Shown: positions 58,779 through 62,035 of the stretch, piece after piece
Layout of the letters: the number at the start of each line of letters is the position of its first letter
How positions within the stretch are numbered: position 1 is the first letter of the stretch
Virus record (IMG/VR): IMGVR_UViG_3300046170_000133
Span: 1-62,035 of that record
DNA from: a virus
Taxonomy: Duplodnaviria; Caudoviricetes
Reading direction: 5' to 3' (one strand)
Length of the DNA: 62,035 bases
Notes under the pieces: model-generated
Seen by the model: only the letters and a program-made list of their open reading frames with translations
Told to the model about the DNA's origin: nothing
Database searches by the model: none
Translations under genes and position numbers: made by a program

Positions 58779-59721
58779 CTTTACCACCTCCGAAAACATT
58801 AGACATAAGGTTCTTGTTCAACTTGCTCTTGGAATCTTCCGCACTAGCAAGAACTTGCTTACGTTTAGACTCTCCCAACTCAGTTTTATCTCGAAGAGTA
58901 TCAACTGAATTAATGCTACCGAGCAATTGGTCAACCGAATCAATAGACTCCGCTAACTCTTCAGATTGAAAGACCTGATCATTCAGAACTCTCGCTCTGT
59001 CATTATCAACTTTCAACTTATCGAACATCGCATCTTTGAAAAATGCTCCGCCTTTATCTTTCGGCTTGAAGTTTTTCATCGCATCAATGACTCGCCCTAA
59101 AGAAGAATCTAAATTCTCCTTGGCATCATCCAACAAGAGTTTCTCGTTTTGACGATAGCTACCTTCAACTTGTGAAGCGATTTGTTTTCGCAACTTAGCT
59201 GAAGCAGTAGTACGAATATCAGACTCAACTGAAGGAATGTTTCTGAAGTTAACATCAAAAACAAACTTTCGTGCTATCTCCCATTGCTCCAAATAGTCTT
59301 CCGATTTCCAAGCATTGCCCAAAGTATCTTTAGCACCTTCGACATAAGTCTCGTAGCTACCGATAAAATGATTGACCTCTCTATCCCACTCCAACTGAAA
59401 CTTATTAATAGCTTGTTGAACTTGTTCATAGTGAGTATTAGGTAACAGATAATAAACTGATTTATTACTGTCTCCTTCTTGCCATGGGTAAACATAAGGC
59501 TTGATCTCTCTGTTCATAAACTTGTTGAACATTTTTCTCATATGAGAATTGATGTCAAAAGAATATAACTTCTTATCAACCTTGATGCTTCTATCATCAG
59601 CAGAATACATACCAGTAACCTCATCGCTGATCTCACGATCAACTTTGATACCGCTAGGTATTTGCTTATGTATGTGAATTAAAGTCGCAACTTCTTGCAA
59701 CACCGATTTTTTGTTATCCAT
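58771..59721 (-). CDS. DUF3150-like protein between ATPase and VWA genes
   Basis: YVYPW...YLLP...DY....IARKF; GGAGG RBS; typical triad position. Confidence 0.7.
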   Translation of the reverse strand: MDNKKSVLQEVATLIHIHKQIPSGIKVDREISDEVTGMYSADDRSIKVDKKLYSFDINSHMRKMFNKFMNREIKPYVYPWQEGDSNKSVYYLLPNTHYEQVQQAINKFQLEWDREVNHFIGSYETYVEGAKDTLGNAWKSEDYLEQWEIARKFVFDVNFRNIPSVESDIRTTASAKLRKQIASQVEGSYRQNEKLLLDDAKENLDSSLGRVIDAMKNFKPKDKGGAFFKDAMFDKLKVDNDRARVLNDQVFQSEELAESIDSVDQLLGSINSVDTLRDKTELGESKRKQVLASAEDSKSKLNKNLMSNVFGGGKDV

Positions 59722-59750
59722 AGTAACCTCCATAGATAATTAGTTAAAAG

Positions 59751-59808
59751 AACTGATTTCGATTCTTTTGAATCATCATCAGGCAGACCACACAGTCCAC
59801 GATCAGTT
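59751..59808 (-). ncRNA. Hammerhead HH1, second copy
   Basis: Identical to 837-894. Confidence 0.92.
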
Positions 59809-59866
59809 AGAACACAGAGCAGAGAAAATATTACTGGTAACATTTTCTCCACTCCAGTCCCTTGGA

Positions 59867-60948
59867 TTAGATCAATAAGTCTTGATGTCTAACCACAAAG
59901 TCAGAATAAACCTTAGTCTGTTTCAACTGAGATTTTATTCCCACCATAGTACGAACAAAGAAGATAGCAAACTCATCAGTCTGAAATTGCTCTACAAATT
60001 TTAGAGCGTTCTCAAAATGAATCGCTAACTCTGAGTCCTTCGATTCCTTAATGGTAGAAGTCAAAGGCAACCGCAGTAGCGTATTGCAGACCCACACCTT
60101 CGGGAACATCCACCTTCTTGCCACCCAACACCTTTTCAAGATTTGGAACATCTTGCATCAAGGTTATGAAAGCCATGAACTCCGCAGTAAATTCTCGACC
60201 TACAAACCATAGATCAAGTTTCTGAAGATTTCCTTGTCAGGCTTCTTGTGCTAGCACCTTAGACAAATTAGTGATTGTCCTAGGAGTCGCACTCGGCTCA
60301 ACAATTTTGGGGTCAAAATTATTAAGGTACTGTGGCTGATACTGAATGAAAGCGATCAAGCGTTCATCAACACCTATTTTCACTTGCCCACTTTAGCCAG
60401 TCGTTAGCGTTGCTCTCGAACTCGATTAATCCCGACACGACCCATCCCATGTGCCACAATTTTGTTTGCACTTGATCTGTCGCTGTGACGATTTCCCGCA
60501 AGAACTATTGTCCACCCATCAGGCAAGACATAGTCTCCAAGTCTTCGTTCCTTAATCAACTGCGAAGCAATTGCTTGAAGGTCTTGACCCGCTTGAGCGA
60601 ACTCATCTAAGAACAGCAGACCTTTACCTTTAGTCGGTAAATTTCCGAGCATTGCTCTCTTCTGAACTCCATCAAGAATATAAGGAAGTCCGCCAAAGTT
60701 CTACAGATTCAAAATGACTCAGCCTAAAATCGACCACACCAAATAGTTTTGCAGTCGGGGAAGCATTATCCAACTAACTGTAAGACCTTCCTTTTCAGCA
60801 AGACTTTCCGCAAATGATAAATCGTTTCTGATTTACCAACACCCACCGAACCAAGAAACTAAAGGAACTGTTCTGACTCTTTCATTATGTGAAGCATCTC
60901 CATAGTCCTGGACTAGGCGATGACCCATATACATTTTGTTCAATCCAT
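59867..60948 (-). CDS. MoxR-like AAA+ ATPase, second allelic copy, broken by probable sequencing indels
   Basis: Homologous to 953-2029 with synonymous/conservative changes plus single-base indels. Confidence 0.75.
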
Positions 60949-60981
60949 AATTTTTCTCCATCATAGATTAATAGTTAAAAG

Positions 60982-61036
60982 ACTGTTTTCGGAACTTTTG
61001 TTCCATCATCAGAGCAAGCACACACTTGCTGACAGT
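60982..61036 (-). ncRNA. Hammerhead HH2, second copy
   Basis: As 2062-2115 with one extra base in the GAAA homopolymer. Confidence 0.85.
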
Positions 61037-61437
61037 TTTGCATCCCACCATTGTGAGACTGTCCCCCTCTATTCTTTAGTATTTGAGGAGCAGAACTTTA
61101 TTCTTGTTCTGGGAACTTGGTGTATCGTTTACCGCCCTATCATGCATCTTGTCTTCCTAACGATTGTCACTCTCGCTTTGCATGGTCTCTGGGGTACGAC
61201 CTAGGCTACTGTCACTTATCCCTAGGAATTTGTCAGAGTCGTATTGTGCTGTTCTATAAAACCTCCACGTTAAAATATAACTGGTAAGAAATTAACCAAA
61301 CCAAGAAGACCGACACGCTGTCGGGGTTTGTTGATCTGCTGTTTCTGTCCATGAGATTAACTCTACGCTAATGGGAGTAGATTGCAAGCACATTGCAGTC
61401 ATTACATTAAGAAATAAAGACCAGTAAAATATTCCCT

Positions 61438-61926
61438 ATGACTGACGAGAAAAAACCAAACCTAAAAATAGTTAAAGACCGCCCCGAAATTTTGACCCCG
61501 AAACAAAGACATTTTGTAGAACTCATAGTAAAGGGAAAGGTAACTTATAAAGAGGCATATGCAGAGGCTTACAATGTCACTCTAACGAAGTCAGGGAAGA
61601 TACCTAAATGGGTAGAGACAGAGTCATCTAAACTGCTAGCAAACCCTAAGATAGCACTAAGCGTTCAGAGGCTCATAAGTAAACGAGAGGATGGTTCAGT
61701 AGCTTCTGGCATACGAACGAAGAACTATGTTCTTGAAAGGCTCATGGCAGAGTCTAGGGATGCTGATTCAGATGCTAGCAGAGTCAGGGCATTAGAATTA
61801 CTGGGTAAGACCATTGGAATATTCACAGACGTTGTGGAACAAAGAGAAGAGAGAGCAAGCGAAACGATAGCTGAAGAGATAGAAGAGAAGATCATCCGAC
61901 TACTAGAAGAATCACAAAACGACTAA
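61438..61926 (+). CDS. terS: Terminase small subunit, second copy
   Basis: Same protein as 2504-2992, several synonymous differences. Confidence 0.88.
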   Translation: MTDEKKPNLKIVKDRPEILTPKQRHFVELIVKGKVTYKEAYAEAYNVTLTKSGKIPKWVETESSKLLANPKIALSVQRLISKREDGSVASGIRTKNYVLERLMAESRDADSDASRVRALELLGKTIGIFTDVVEQREERASETIAEEIEEKIIRLLEESQND

Positions 61927-62035
61927 TCAAATTTCTTAGCTAAAGAAAACAAAGACCACCCCTTTTGATTTTATGATCTGGATATTCTAGACGACCCCAC
62001 CCCCCTTAGACAAAGAGGTTACATGCCTAACATAT

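Larger units (their letters stand above)
58915..62035. repeat. Terminal direct repeat, right copy
   Basis: Matches 1-~3102. Confidence 0.97.

Noticed and set aside
1-62035. Stop-codon reassignment, tRNA genes, DNA polymerase, integrase
   Set aside because: Genes are dense in the standard code; no cloverleaf or matching protein motifs recognised by eye

Overview
The window is an essentially complete, AT-rich tailed phage genome of podovirus-like organisation. The host is probably a marine Gram-negative proteobacterium (inference). The unit length is 58,914 bp, plus a ~3.1 kb terminal direct repeat (1-~3102 = 58915-62035) whose two copies are allelic rather than identical. The + strand late region runs terS-terL-portal-groES-scaffold-major capsid, then small basic proteins, tail and fibre genes, a lysis region, and ejection proteins ending in a 2704-aa polyvalent protein. 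The lysis region carries a csgF-csgG-curlin-like-FecR-CHASE2/adenylate cyclase cassette. The mostly - strand early region encodes a MoxR-like AAA ATPase, a partner protein, a VWA/metallopeptidase, an Arc-like regulator, a primase-helicase and an exonuclease-Sak-SSB recombination module. I saw no DNA polymerase, integrase, tRNA or CRISPR array. Several single-base frameshifts look like long-read errors. The most notable signal is non-coding. Two type III hammerhead ribozymes flank the early ATPase gene, each ~80 nt upstream of a start codon. A predicted ~86-nt sRNA (56563-56648, -) is complementary to the ribosome-binding regions just downstream of both ribozymes, and its promoter is covered by DnaA boxes. 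A multi-copy ACCAGT/AATATT operator-like motif and a near-perfect parS site are also present. Together these suggest an undescribed RNA-based early-gene switch coupled to host replication state. That model is inference.
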